A DNA stretch of 63,011 nucleotides, filler included, from Thraustochytrium aureum (GCA_012862495.1; 7 parts of 4 records of this genome joined end to end with filler, not necessarily neighbours in it), one strand, 5' to 3'; shown: positions 42,386-54,285, numbered from the whole stretch's first letter. A program made the numbers and translations. Notes: generated by a model from the sequence alone, not told the origin.

Positions 42386-43198
42386 ATGTCCTCTCGGCAG
42401 GAGCAAGAGCAGCGCGAGCGGCGCAGCGGCGCGCCGGGAACGGGGGGCTCGGGCGAGGAGGCGGCTGCGGCCGGCCTGCTACGCGAGGTCAGGGGCTTCG
42501 CGCGCGAGCAGGCGGCGTTCGAAGACGTGCTGTTCACGGCGCTGACCGGCTCAGGCCTCCTGCTCAGCGCCCTCGTGCAGCGCTCTGAGCCATGGCTCGC
42601 GGCGCGCAAGCATCGACTCACGGCCTCCAGGTTTGGCGTCGTCTGCGGCGTGGACCCGTACGCGGACCAGCTGAGCTTGTGGCAGCTCGAGACAGGTCGC
42701 GTTGCCTCCACTTTCGACGGCAACGAGGACACTCGCCGCGGCGAGCGGCTCGAGCCAGTGGCTCTGCGATGGTATGCGCGCCAGGGACTCGCGGGGGACG
42801 GCGCAGAGGTTCGCGAGACAGGGTTTTGGGTTCATCCTGACAAGTTGTTTTTGGGGGCCTCCCCGGACGCCCTCGTCGGCGACGACGGGCTCGTTGAGGT
42901 CAAGTGCCCCCGCTTGGGGCCGCATCAAGAGGTGCCGCCCAGCTATTTGGCGCAGATCCAAGGCCAGCTGCATGTCACGGGCCGAGCGTGGTGCGACTTT
43001 GTCAGCTTTACACAGCTCGCCGGCGTCAGCGTGTTTCGCGTGGAGAAGAGCGCTGCCTACTGGGCCTGGATGTACCCGATGCTTGAGCGGTTTTTCTTGC
43101 ACGTTGGCATGGACGAGGAGCCCCCGCGCGAAGCGCACGACCGGGCCGCGCGAGCGCGCTACGCCGCGTCGCTCTGCAACATCAGGCGGGTCATGTAA
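42386..43198 (+). CDS. YqaJ-like / lambda-exonuclease family nuclease
   Basis: QRSEPWLAARKHRLTASRFG, GERLEPVALRWY, FLGASPDALV...LVEVKCP (PD-ExK), YLAQIQGQLHVTGRAWCDFV; intronless. Confidence 0.92.
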   Translation: MSSRQEQEQRERRSGAPGTGGSGEEAAAAGLLREVRGFAREQAAFEDVLFTALTGSGLLLSALVQRSEPWLAARKHRLTASRFGVVCGVDPYADQLSLWQLETGRVASTFDGNEDTRRGERLEPVALRWYARQGLAGDGAEVRETGFWVHPDKLFLGASPDALVGDDGLVEVKCPRLGPHQEVPPSYLAQIQGQLHVTGRAWCDFVSFTQLAGVSVFRVEKSAAYWAWMYPMLERFFLHVGMDEEPPREAHDRAARARYAASLCNIRRVM

Positions 43199-43330
43199 TC
43201 TCCAGCTGGCCAGGGAGCGTTGGGCCTGGGCCCGAACGAGACCGGGCAGCGCGCTCTGGCGCAGGTGGGTGGGGCAGCGCTTGTGAAAGGCAGGGAGGGA
43301 ACGAAGGAAGGAAGGAGTGCGACGACGCGG

Positions 43331-44014
43331 CTACGCTGTTGCCCGCGAGCGAACCTCGTCGCCACGCGTGCGGTCCTCGATCAGCCCGGTGGAGGCGCTC
43401 GCGCTGGCGTCGCCTGTCGTGCTAGAGCCATCAAAGCGGAAGTCGCGGCCCTGCCTGAGCGCGCGCGCAAAGACGAACCCCATCAGCGCGCCAAGACACG
43501 CCGCACAACCGTGTGCAACGGTGGTGATCGGCGGCTCTGTCACCGCGTAGAACAGCCACACTGCCGTGACGCCAACGCCGAGCCAGCGCAGCTGCACGCT
43601 CATTCTCTCGGGGTCTCGGATGTACCGCCACAGCGCGTCAGTGCGCCGCAGCGACCACAAGAGGCCGGCGTGCGCGCTCCACACGACCGATATGCCCGCG
43701 CACGCAACGCTGCCATCCCTCGCCTGCGGCACCGCCGACGGCCCAGCACAAACCAACCTGAAACACCCACAAGAACGCGTTTCCGACCAGCATGAGCGCT
43801 AGCGCTTTGCCGCGCGTTGACCGCGGGCAGGCGGCGCGGTCGAGGCGCTGCACGAGCACCTGGCCCAGCGTCCACGTTGTGCAGCCCACCGTCGCGTAGT
43901 TGAGCAAACTCTGCCGGGCATCGCAGTTGTAGCTCAGGATGCTGCCGACCGTGCAGGCCGCCGAGGGCGCCGCAGCGGCAGCGCAGCGCAGGCCGCGGCC
44001 CATTCCCCGGCGTC
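43331..44014 (-). CDS. Multi-pass membrane protein, possibly rhomboid-like; frameshift at about 43718, 5' part in gap
   Basis: Several TM helices; CAGISVVW (GxS) and TTVAHGCAACLG (AH) two helices later. Confidence 0.5.
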
Positions 44015-44488
44015 NNNNNNNNNNNNNNNNNNNNNNNNNNNNNNNNNNNNNNNNNNNNNNNNNNNNNNNNNNNNNNNNNNNNNNNNNNNNNNNNNNNNNN
44101 NNNNNNNNNNNNNNNNNNNNNNNNNNNNNNNNNNNNNNNNNNNNNNNNNNNNNNNNNNNNNNNNNNNNNNNNNNNNNNNNNNNNNNNNNNNNNNNNNNNN
44201 NNNNNNNNNNNNNNNNNNNNNNNNNNNNNNNNNNNNNNNNNNNNNNNNNNNNNNNNNNNNNNNNNNNNNNNNNNNNNNNNNNNNNNNNNNNNNNNNNNNN
44301 NNNNNNNNNNNNNNNNNNNNNNNNNNNNNNNNNNNNNNNNNNNNNNNNNNNNNNNNNNNNNNNNNNNNNNNNNNNNNNNNNNNNNNNNNNNNNNNNNNNN
44401 NNNNNNNNNNNNNNNNNNNNNNNNNNNNNNNNNNNNNNNNNNNNNNNNNNNNNNNNNNNNNNNNNNNNNNNNNNNNNNNNNNNNNNNN

Positions 44489-45743
44489 CTTTTTGGGGTC
44501 GTTTGTGCAGAGCTTTCCGATCAACTTTTTCGGCGGGTTCATCACCAACGAGATTGCGATGACGCCGACAGAGTTCCAGCAGTACTATGCGTTCACATAC
44601 CTTCCGTTTTCGTTCAAGCCCATTTACGCGTATTTGATCGAGCACGTGCGGCTGTTCGGCTCGCAGAGGGCCTCGTACATCGTCCTGTGCAATCTCCTCG
44701 TCAGCTTTTGCATGGTCTTGATGGCCACGGTGGCGCGCGAGACCTGGCAGGTGTTTGCGATCGGGTTTTTCCAAAACATGTTTGAGGCCGCGGCTGGCAT
44801 GGTGGTCAGTCTGGTAGTGATCGACGTCGCCTCGAAAGACCGTTCCAAGATCCCCAAGCTCCAGGCCGAGCAGACGATGGCGCGATACCTCGGCACGTTT
44901 GGTGCCCTGTTGCTCGCGCTGCCAGTGAGCGGGTGCTTTTCGCTGCAGTGGGACAACCGAACCGCCCTGCTCGCTTCGGCGGCGATCCCGTTGCTGGCGG
45001 CGGCGGCCGGCGCTTTGGTTCCGCCGCCTTCGTCGTCGAAGGGCCCGGTCAGCGCGGACGCGGACCCGGCGGAGCCTGACGCGGACGCCTCGCACGCCAA
45101 TCCATCGTCGCCGCGACGCTCGTTTGGCCCTGCGCGCGTGGAGCGGCAGGCCCTGCTCTTGTTCGTGCCAACGGTGGTGCTCTTCGAGTTGCTCGCCATC
45201 TGCGTCGGCATCAAGGACAACTTGACGCATGCTGGGCTCGCGCAGCTCTGGCGCGCGATCGTGATTTCTGCCGCCGTTCTGTTAGTGTTGTACGTGGCTT
45301 GCGCGGTGTGGGCGCTTCGCCGCATGGGCGACGCCGACGCGGCCCGCACGCTTGTGCAGATCTCGATCCCCTGCATCTACTTGTTCATTGTCGACGCGGT
45401 GCCGACTTCGCTGGACGCGCTCTCCAACTTCAAGTTTGCCTCCTTCACCAACAAGTGCGAGCTCCAGGGCCTCTCGCTGCTCTCCATCCTGGCGCAAATG
45501 TTGGCATGTCGCTTTTTGCCCCGCTTTTCGTCGGCGTGCCAGTCGGCATCGCCTTGCTCTCCACCACGCTCATGTACGCGGCGGCGAGCTTGTTGGACTT
45601 GCTCAAGACTGGTGCAGCGGACTCGCGTTCGCTGACGCCCTTTGCGCTCTGGGGCCTGGTCGACGCGACGACGGGCCTGTTTTCCGCCATGTTTCTCCTT
45701 GCCAAGGAGACGCTCGCCGCGCACTTTAGCTTTGCGCTGGAGC
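44489..45743 (+). CDS. BT1/FBT (folate-biopterin transporter-like) MFS protein; both ends in gaps, frameshift at about 45503
   Basis: LPFSFKPIYAYLIEHVRLFGSQRASY resembles the BT1 signature PWxxKPxYGxxSDxxPxxGxRRxxY; many TM helices. Confidence 0.75.
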
Positions 45744-46653
45744 NNNNNNNNNNNNNNNNNNNNNNNNNNNNNNNNNNNNNNNNNNNNNNNNNNNNNNNNN
45801 NNNNNNNNNNNNNNNNNNNNNNNNNNNNNNNNNNNNNNNNNNNNNNNNNNNNNNNNNNNNNNNNNNNNNNNNNNNNNNNNNNNNNNNNNNNNNNNNNNNN
45901 NNNNNNNNNNNNNNNNNNNNNNNNNNNNNNNNNNNNNNNNNNNNNNNNNNNNNNNNNNNNNNNNNNNNNNNNNNNNNNNNNNNNNNNNNNNNNNNNNNNN
46001 NNNNNNNNNNNNNNNNNNNNNNNNNNNNNNNNNNNNNNNNNNNNNNNNNNNNNNNNNNNNNNNNNNNNNNNNNNNNNNNNNNNNNNNNNNNNNNNNNNNN
46101 NNNNNNNNNNNNNNNNNNNNNNNNNNNNNNNNNNNNNNNNNNNNNNNNNNNNNNNNNNNNNNNNNNNNNNNNNNNNNNNNNNNNNNNNNNNNNNNNNNNN
46201 NNNNNNNNNNNNNNNNNNNNNNNNNNNNNNNNNNNNNNNNNNNNNNNNNNNNNNNNNNNNNNNNNNNNNNNNNNNNNNNNNNNNNNNNNNNNNNNNNNNN
46301 NNNNNNNNNNNNNNNNNNNNNNNNNNNNNNNNNNNNNNNNNNNNNNNNNNNNNNNNNNNNNNNNNNNNNNNNNNNNNNNNNNNNNNNNNNNNNNNNNNNN
46401 NNNNNNNNNNNNNNNNNNNNNNNNNNNNNNNNNNNNNNNNNNNNNNNNNNNNNNNNNNNNNNNNNNNNNNNNNNNNNNNNNNNNNNNNNNNNNNNNNNNN
46501 NNNNNNNNNNNNNNNNNNNNNNNNNNNNNNNNNNNNNNNNNNNTGCTTGCAGGCTGCGCCGCTTGTGCGCTCCTCCTGGTCGGCTGGGCACGCCAGGGCG
46601 CCGGGAAGAGCGGCCTGGAGGCGGCCAGCGGCGGCGAAGGCCGGCTGGGTGGT

Positions 46654-47394
46654 TTGGCGCTTTGCGGGGCGAGTCCAGCTGTCAGAGTGGTCTGCTTCGG
46701 GGACACGCACTCCTGGCATGAAGGCGTGGACGTGCCGGACGGGGACGTGCTCGTGTTCACTGGAGACATCACGATGCCTGGCAGCGCACGCAGCAACTCG
46801 GAGCAGATCGTGAGCTTTGACCGGTGGCTGGGCTCGTTGCCGCATCCGCACAAGTTTGTGGTCGCGGGCAACCACGACCCGGAGGGCGACGTGGCTCTGC
46901 GCGACTTGCCCGCTTTGTTCAAAAACGCAAGGTATTTGCAGGACGAGGCTGTCACAGTGGAGCTGACTCCGGCGCTGTGCCCGGCGTCGTCAGTGCGCAA
47001 GCTCAAGATTTATGGATCGCCGTGGCAGCCGCAGTGGGTCGGCCAGCCGCGATTCGAGACGTACGTCCCAGAGGGAGAGCGCCTCGAGTCCTTTTGGGCC
47101 AAGATCCCGACCGACACCGACATTCTCGCTACCCACTCGCCGCCGCGGGGCCGCTTCGACAATGGGCCGGACGGTGCGGGGCCGATGGGCTCAACGAGCT
47201 TGCGTGACGCCGTTGACCATCGGGTTCGTCCCCGCCTTCACTGCTACGGGCACGTGCACGCGGGCCGGACGCCCGACATGATCAAGTCGCAAGCAGCACA
47301 GCTTGCCGACCCCGCTGCGACCATCTCGGTCAACGGCGCGATTTGCAACGACGCCCTGGAGCCGGTCCGCGAGCCCGTCGCGGTCCTCGTGTAG
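46654..47394 (+). CDS. Calcineurin-like metallophosphoesterase (MPPED1/2-like); start uncertain
   Basis: VVCFGDTH, GDVLVFTGDIT, VAGNHD, IYGSPWQP, THSPP, HCYGHVH. Confidence 0.9.
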   Translation: MALCGASPAVRVVCFGDTHSWHEGVDVPDGDVLVFTGDITMPGSARSNSEQIVSFDRWLGSLPHPHKFVVAGNHDPEGDVALRDLPALFKNARYLQDEAVTVELTPALCPASSVRKLKIYGSPWQPQWVGQPRFETYVPEGERLESFWAKIPTDTDILATHSPPRGRFDNGPDGAGPMGSTSLRDAVDHRVRPRLHCYGHVHAGRTPDMIKSQAAQLADPAATISVNGAICNDALEPVREPVAVLV

Positions 47395-48912
47395 ATCAAG
47401 AAGCGCCGCGCCAAGCAAGTCGCTTCGCCCAAGCCGGAGGCCGGCGCTGTCACTCAATGGCCGCATATCATGCACGGTATGTCGACGGAAAGGCATTCAT
47501 CCTCAGAATTGAAGGACCCCAAGCGCGGACGGGCAGGATGCCCCATTCTTCTACGTGCAGAACTCGGCGGGCAGAGCTCGGATCACCGTCCAGGTAGAAG
47601 TAATGCATGCGCCCGTCGTCTTGCGTTTGTTGAGCTCAGCCGCGACCTTGAGCATGTGCTCCTTCTGCGCGGGCGCCACGCTCTAGTCCGCCTTGAACTT
47701 GGACCCGTTTGCCATCCCTCCAACTTTGCGTTCGTGTCCCCAGTGCTCGGTTCAACTAGCGCGTCGCCCTGGCGTACGCAATTCCCCCTGGCGTACGCAA
47801 TTCCCGCTTCATCGATTGCACCTCTTGCCGAGCCCTGCCGCTGTCGCGCGCAGGTCACTGGGCACTCGCCAAGTGGCCGCTCGTTCACATTTGTGAGCCG
47901 GAAAAGCGCGCCCAGCTGACNNNNNNNNNNNNNNNNNNNNNNNNNNNNNNNNNNNNNNNNNNNNNNNNNNNNNNNNNNNNNNNNNNNNNNNNNNNNNNNN
48001 NNNNNNNNNNNNNNNNNNNNNNNNNNNNNNNNNNNNNNNNNNNNNNNNNNNNNNNNNNNNNNNNNNNNNNNNNNNNNNNNNNNNNNNNNNNNNNNNNNNN
48101 NNNNNNNNNNNNNNNNNNNNNNNNNNNNNNNNNNNNNNNNNNNNNNNNNNNNNNNNNNNNNNNNNNNNNNNNNNNNNNNNNNNNNNNNNNNNNNNNNNNN
48201 NNNNNNNNNNNNNNNNNNNNNNNNNNNNNNNNNNNNNNNNNNNNNNNNNNNNNNNNNNNNNNNNNNNNNNNNNNNNNNNNNNNNNNNNNNNNNNNNNNNN
48301 NNNNNNNNNNNNNNNNNNNNNNNNNNNNNNNNNNNNNNNNNNNNNNNNNNNNNNNNNNNNNNNNNNNNNNNNNNNNNNNNNNNNNNNNNNNNNNNNNNNN
48401 NNNNNNNNNNNNNNNNNNNNNNNNNNNNNNNNTGCCTCCCTGTCCAAAAAGCTCGCTCAATTCCCGCTTCCCCACTGTTTGCGCCAGCCCCTCCCTTCCC
48501 GCTTCCCACTCACTACTCGCCAACGGGTTCCCTTTGTATGCTCAAGAGTCGCGGAATAGCTTCCCGTTTCGGCCGCCCTGGTGGAGAGGCCCTGGGGGAA
48601 AAGCGGCCCTCCCTGCTGGCGCCTGAGGGCCTCAGGGAGAATCGGTGCGAGGGAGGACACCTCTCGGGAAAAAGGGGAGACTGGCATGAGGCAGAATAGA
48701 GCGGGCGTGACGATGACGATGGACTGCCTGCCTTGTGCGCGCATGGACGGTGCAGTCACGGTGCAAAGACGCTGGGGCCTCGGCGACGTCGCTTGGTTGG
48801 TTGGTTAGTTGCTTGGTTGGTTGGTTGCTTGGTCGCCTGGCTGCGTGCTCGCCTGGCTTCGGGGCGTGACGCGCGCGACGGGCAGGACGGTCGTCGCCGT
48901 GGGCGATAGAGT

Positions 48913-50284
48913 ATGGCAGCGTGCTTGGTGGACGCGGACTGCCCTGGGACGCGGCTCTGCTTCGTGGACGTGCCATGGAGCGAGCAAGGAGCGCTGTGCG
49001 AGTGTAACACGATGTGGGGGTTCGCTGGGCCGGAGTGCGACGAGCTCGGCGCTACAGCGTGGTTTCTGGTTGGAAGCGCGGGCTTGCAGGCCGTCGTTGC
49101 GCTCGCGTTTGCGATTCAGGCCATCGGCGACGTCGCGCGCCTGGTGCTGCGGTTTCGCGCGTCGTTGCGAAGCGTCTCGCCCAGTCCTGCCATATTCTGG
49201 ATCGTTCTAGCCCTCCTATCCCACGCGACCTGGCGCGGGTTCGCGATCGCAGTCGTATTTACACCCCTCGCGCCGCCTGCCCAAGACAGGGCTGTAGCTG
49301 GGTCGCCCAAGCTGGTCGGCCTTGCGCCGCCTATGCGGGTCGCCATTGTCATCACCCAGTGTGCGGCCTTTTTGGCCTGCACGACCACCTCGGTGATCTG
49401 GCTCAGAAACGCCAAAGCCGCGGACCGCGTGCGCGCAAGGGGCTTGCCACGAGTCTCGCGCTACGGGCGGGCCGTGCTGGTGACGCAGGTTCTTTTCGCA
49501 GGGGCAATGGTGCTCGTTAGCGCCCTGGGCTACTTTGCCTGGACAGGCGTTGTCTCGGCGCCCTTTCTGGGCTTTCTCGTCGTCGTCTTCGCGGTTGGCC
49601 AGGCCAAGATGACGCGCGCTTTGAACGAGTTTGCGCAAGCCATGGGCGACGAGGAGCCGCCGCCCAAGGAGACAGAGTCGCGCGTCACCGAGGCGAGCTC
49701 GTACTCGGAGATGCTGCGCTCCACCACGGCCAGTAGCGCCACAATCGAGACGGCGAGGTCTCGGATGCAGCCTGGCGACACGGCTCGGGCTTCTAGGACC
49801 ATCCGGAAAACCGCGCGTCTCCTCATTGGGGCCCTCTTGGGCCTGCTCTGTGTAGGCATGGTCTATTTTGTTGTGGCATCGGATTTCCTGGAGCCCGCCG
49901 GGGTGCGCGCATTCTCTCCTCCTGGCAAATTGTCTGCCGCTACAGCGGTTTCTGAGGTTTTTGGCTTTTACTCTCCTGGGGCTTGTCGTGGTGCTGCAGC
50001 GGTGGGCGCGGCGCCAGACTGCCTTGGCGCTGCGGCCGAAAACCGAGACGCCGCTGGCGAGCCAGGTTGTGGCTCCAGGCCACACAGACGCGGCAAAGCT
50101 TGAGGAATTGCGCCGCCGCTACATGAACCGCAAGACCAGCGCCGATACCGTGACTCGCGCAGGCAAGCAAGTTGACGACAGTGACGCGACCGGCTCGTGC
50201 GACCAAGACCCTCCGCGAGACCTTGAGAGCACCGGCTCTGGGCCTGGGACGAGCTTGTCGAGCAGAGGCCCGGAACGGGAGTGA
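48913..50284 (+). CDS. Multi-pass (about 7 TM) receptor-like protein with N-terminal EGF-like Cys motif; frameshift at about 49960
   Basis: CLVDADC...LC...CECNTMWGFAGPEC followed by about 7 hydrophobic helices and a long third cytoplasmic-type loop. Removing one T at GAGGTTTTTGG restores the last TM VLAFTLLGLVVVL and a Ser/Thr-rich tail ending 50284. Confidence 0.7.
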
Positions 50285-50517
50285 AGCGTTGTACATGGCG
50301 CAAAAGCCCGCTGCGGTCGCCCTCGAGAACCTATCATACTATTCTATTTTTCATGAACAGCCAAAAACCACACGAAAAACGAACCCATAGGCTTGTGCGT
50401 GCGATGGGATGTGCGAACGGCGGCGCAGGGTCAAGGTCCGGTGTGTCGACGGCGAGCGTTTCCTTGCAGCATCAAGGCGCTTGTAGCCCAGTAGTGCGGG
50501 TCTCCAGAGGTGCAAGG

Positions 50518-51609
50518 TCAATTCAAGCTTGGCGTTCCATTTTGATCCCTATCGACGGAAAGCGGCTCAGCCCCGCAAACTACAGCAAGGCCAAGCGTCG
50601 AAACTCTCTGCTCTGCAGAGTACTTACTCCTCAGGCCGAAGCCAATATCCCCAATCAATGCTGCTGGTGAACCGCGCGAGGCATTGCAAGGCGGCCGGTT
50701 GCCTGGAGGGAGACGGTCTGCAATTGCCATGCGCTCGTCCTCCATGTCCGCCTCCATTCGCTCTTGCAGTCGCAGCAAGTGCCACACTTTCCATTTGTGA
50801 AAAATCGAGTGCACCACGATCTGCCGCCTTGCATGCCGGAGCTCCGTCTCGCGGCGCACGAGCCGGGCCCGCAGCCGCGCCACCTCTTTCGCCAGGTCGG
50901 CTCCGAGATCGTCCCCGAGCGGCCCGCTCGCCGCGCTCTCTATGGACAGCCGAGCCGGGCGCAAGGCGCCTGGCGCCGGACCGACATCCGATTCACGGGC
51001 GGGCTGGAGCTCTGCCAAGTCGCGCTTTGCCAACTCATTTCCCACGTCGTCGTCTCGCCCGCTGCTTGCCCGCTCTGCTTCGTCAGACTGGTTGCTCGCA
51101 GAAGCAGGTCGGCTGGCGGCCCTCTGGGGTGACATCACGTTGCTCTTGAGGGCGTAAAAGGCCCTGCTCGTGCGCACGGTCCGCATATTTTTGTTCACAG
51201 CCGCTTCCACGAGTCGCACAATCATGCCCTTGAGCTTTGCACCAGAACCAGCTCCAAGCGCAGCAGCCAGCGCTTCTTCCTCCCCCAGCAGTGGGTGCGC
51301 GCCCTCCTTGGCCGCTGCAGGTTTGGCGGCTACTTGCGAACGTGCAGCTGCGCTCGCAGCAGAGGGCGACGTAAACCCTTCGGAAGAACACGAGGACGGG
51401 GTCGAGTATGCAGGCGAGAGAGGTTGTGCGGGTTCGACAGAGGCGTCGTCCGCGGCAGCACCGTCGTCAAAGCGCAGCGGCGAGTCCTTTTGGTACCTCT
51501 CCAACGCCCGATTGGCCGGGGAGTCGAGCCGAGGGACCGGGTCCGCCCCGTTTAGGGCAACATCTTCCGGCGAGAGAACCGGGTGTCGCAGCCGTCTCCC
51601 CGACAACGA
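50518..51609 (-). CDS. Hypothetical low-complexity/coiled-coil protein, 5'-truncated
   Basis: 362-aa ORF open to the scaffold end; helical LAKEVARLRARLVRRETELR..FHKWK segment. Confidence 0.5.
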   Translation of the reverse strand, partial: SLSGRRLRHPVLSPEDVALNGADPVPRLDSPANRALERYQKDSPLRFDDGAAADDASVEPAQPLSPAYSTPSSCSSEGFTSPSAASAAARSQVAAKPAAAKEGAHPLLGEEEALAAALGAGSGAKLKGMIVRLVEAAVNKNMRTVRTSRAFYALKSNVMSPQRAASRPASASNQSDEAERASSGRDDDVGNELAKRDLAELQPARESDVGPAPGALRPARLSIESAASGPLGDDLGADLAKEVARLRARLVRRETELRHARRQIVVHSIFHKWKVWHLLRLQERMEADMEDERMAIADRLPPGNRPPCNASRGSPAALIGDIGFGLRSKYSAEQRVSTLGLAVVCGAEPLSVDRDQNGTPSLN

Positions 51610-51709
51610 NNNNNNNNNNNNNNNNNNNNNNNNNNNNNNNNNNNNNNNNNNNNTTAATTAATTAANNNNNNNNNNNNNNNNNNNNNNNNNNNNNNNNNNN
51701 NNNNNNNNN

Positions 51710-52059
51710 ATGCGATTCGCAGGTATTTCACTTGCGTTGCGGACAGCGTTGTCCACAAGCGTCTCGGTACCGCGACCGAACGGCGCTGGGGTTGCCAGCC
51801 GGCGGAGCGCATCTAGATTCATATCGAAGCTTTCGCGGGTGAAGACTGTTGTCCCGTCAACCTTGATGAAGTCAAAGGAAACGTCCTGATCGTGCACATA
51901 GTATTGTTGGTGTCCGCCGGACATCGCAGTAAAGGCTTCGGCAATGGGATGCGTGTATGGCTGCACATTTGCTTTGGTCAGGTTCGGCGATCTGCAGTCA
52001 CCGAAAATGGCATTCAGCTTCGTGTACGACTTGAGGGCAGATTGGAGCGAGCTACTCAT
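51710..52059 (-). CDS. N-terminal fragment of a probable 2OG-Fe(II) oxygenase-superfamily protein
   Basis: ATPAPFGRGTETLVDNAVRNASEI motif, which typically precedes the 2OG-Fe(II) domain in a fungal/bacterial/protist family; truncated by the scaffold end. Confidence 0.6.
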
Positions 52060-53238
52060 GTTGCTTTAGACCGGGTTAGCCGAAGAAGGAGACACTTGCA
52101 GAGGTCGTCTATGTCGTGCGGATGCGTGGCAGCTGAGGTGCAAACGTGACCTCGTTTTCGATCGCACCCAACTCGCCGTCGTCCTGCGCGATGAGGGTCT
52201 GTCGTGCTCGCGCGTTTCGGCTTGCTTGCCTGCGCCACGCTGCACCACACACTTGGCCTCGAAGACGGCTTTAACAGGGCACTCGCTCTGCCAACTAGGG
52301 CTAGGGTTACCCAACAAGGATTGCGTACGCTGAGTGTGGACCCTCATGGTCGCGAGCAAAATCACTGGAGCCCAGCGAGAGGGTTTAAAATTTTAAAGGA
52401 TCTCAAAGGGCGCCTCCCACCTTTTCGCAAGTTGCAAAACGTCTTGTGAATGGTACTCGTAGCTGGGAGATTTAGTAGTCTGGTTGGGCACTGTCGTTTC
52501 TTTCACTTTTCTCATCTCCCGTCATTTAGCACCCAACCACATGGAGATCATCTGTGATTTCTTTCACTTATCTTTTGAGGCCGCACCCCCCGTCGATTAG
52601 CGTAGAGTAGCGTGGAGTAACAACCCCAACCACATGGAGTAGGCCTACGTCAAGATCGAAGGGTTTGCTCAGAAAGCAAACCAACCACCAAAAGCTGGTT
52701 GGTTTGGCTTGGAACAGTCAAGCTGATACCATTCTCGACAATCTGCTGCAGCGTCTCCGACTCTCTTTGCCAAGACACAGACCTGTCCTTGCGCTTGAAA
52801 ATGGCTCTCGCTGCACGACTGTGAAGAACAGCTTGGCAGCAGTAAATTCGCTTGGTGGTCGCCCTGTTGCAAAACTGGGCATCCGAACATAGTCGACTCC
52901 GCTGCGATGATGAAATCATGCGGGGCTCTCTTTCCGCGTACCGCTGGCAGAACTGCACTGGCGAGCTGGCCGTCAAGCTTCCCAGCGCCGCGACCGGACG
53001 GGCGGGGCAAAGCCAGCCGGGCGGCAGAGGTAGTTCAGACTGCGCAGTGCCAGAGACCACTGTGCAGACGAGGTTTGTCGCGTGTGCGTCTCTCGCCTTA
53101 CACAAAGTACAACGCGGATAAAACGAGCAAGTCCAGCCATGAGGCAAACGTATAAGAATGGAAGCAAATGAGGAGTACTTTGTCCACGGTAATCCAAAAC
53201 TGCCGTTCGCAGAGGCTGTGGCAGTGCTTAGCTCCAGC

Positions 53239-53239
<1 letters not shown>

Positions 53240-53273
<34 letters not shown>
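53240..53273. repeat. (CTG)n microsatellite just 3' of the EF-G stop
   Basis: Read directly from the sequence. Confidence 0.9.
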
Positions 53274-53276
<3 letters not shown>

Positions 53277-53289
53277 TCCTGCCAGTGCT

Positions 53290-54246
53290 CTACTTTCTCT
53301 GCGCCTCCTGCTCCTTGCGGTACGCTTCGACAACCTTGTCCTGCTCGTTGGCGGGCATGCGCTCGTGTGCCTTGAACTCCATGGAGAACTCGCCCTTGGC
53401 CTGCGTAGCAGAGCGAATCTCCGTCGAGTAGCCAAACATCTCGGCCAGAGGGACCTCCGCCTTGACGAGCGTAAACCCGTCGCGGGCCTGCGTGTCGACG
53501 ATGAGACCGCGGCGTTTGTTGAGGCTGCTGACCACAGGGCCCTGAAAGTCGTCAGGGACCTCGACCTCAACCGCCATGATAGGCTCTAGCACAAGCGGAG
53601 CCGAGTTGGCGTGCGCCTGACGAAAGGCCCCCTTCGCGGCGGCGCGAAACGCCATCTCGCTAGAATCGACAGAGTGCGCCTGACCATCCTCGAGCACGAC
53701 GCGCACAAACTGCATGGGCTGGCCCACGAGAGGGCCCTCGGCGAAGGCCTCGGCAAAACCCTTTTCGACGGCCATGATATACTCTGGCGGGATGGCATTG
53801 CCGATAATGTGATTCTCGAAAACCCAGGCCTTGCCCTCCGGAAGCTCTGACGGCTCGATGGGCTCGATGTAGCCAACCACTTTGCCGTACTGGCCAGCAC
53901 CCCCCGACTGCTTCTTGTGCAAGTAGTCGAAGACTGAGCGCTTGGAGATGGTCTCGCGGTAGTTGACCTGCGGGCGGCCCGTGATCGTGTCGCAGTCGTA
54001 CTCGCGGCGCATGCGCTCCACGTACACTTCGAGGTGCANNNNNNNNNNNNNNNNNNNNNNNNNNNNNNNNNNNNNNNNNNNNNNNNNNNNNNNNNNNNNN
54101 NNNNNNNNNNNNNNNNNNNNNNNNNNNNNNNNNNNNNNNNNNNNNNNNNNNNNNNNNNNNNNNNNNNNNNNNNNNNNNNNNNNNNNNNNNNNNNNNNNNN
54201 NNNNNNNNNNNNNNNNNNNNNNNNNNNNNNNNNNNNNNNNNNNACT

Positions 54247-54285
<39 letters not shown>

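Noticed and set aside
39471..43198. TIR protein next to a YqaJ nuclease as a defence-island-like gene cluster
   Set aside because: An artificial spacer at 42269-42368 separates them; they are on different scaffolds, so adjacency is meaningless.
54026..54256. Apparent insertion/duplication (ACTTCGAGGTGCA on both sides of a 205-N gap) within EF-G
   Set aside because: The two contigs overlap by 13 nt, and merging them gives the continuous conserved [14 protein letters not shown]. The gap is most likely a scaffolding artefact, not an intein, intron or TSD.
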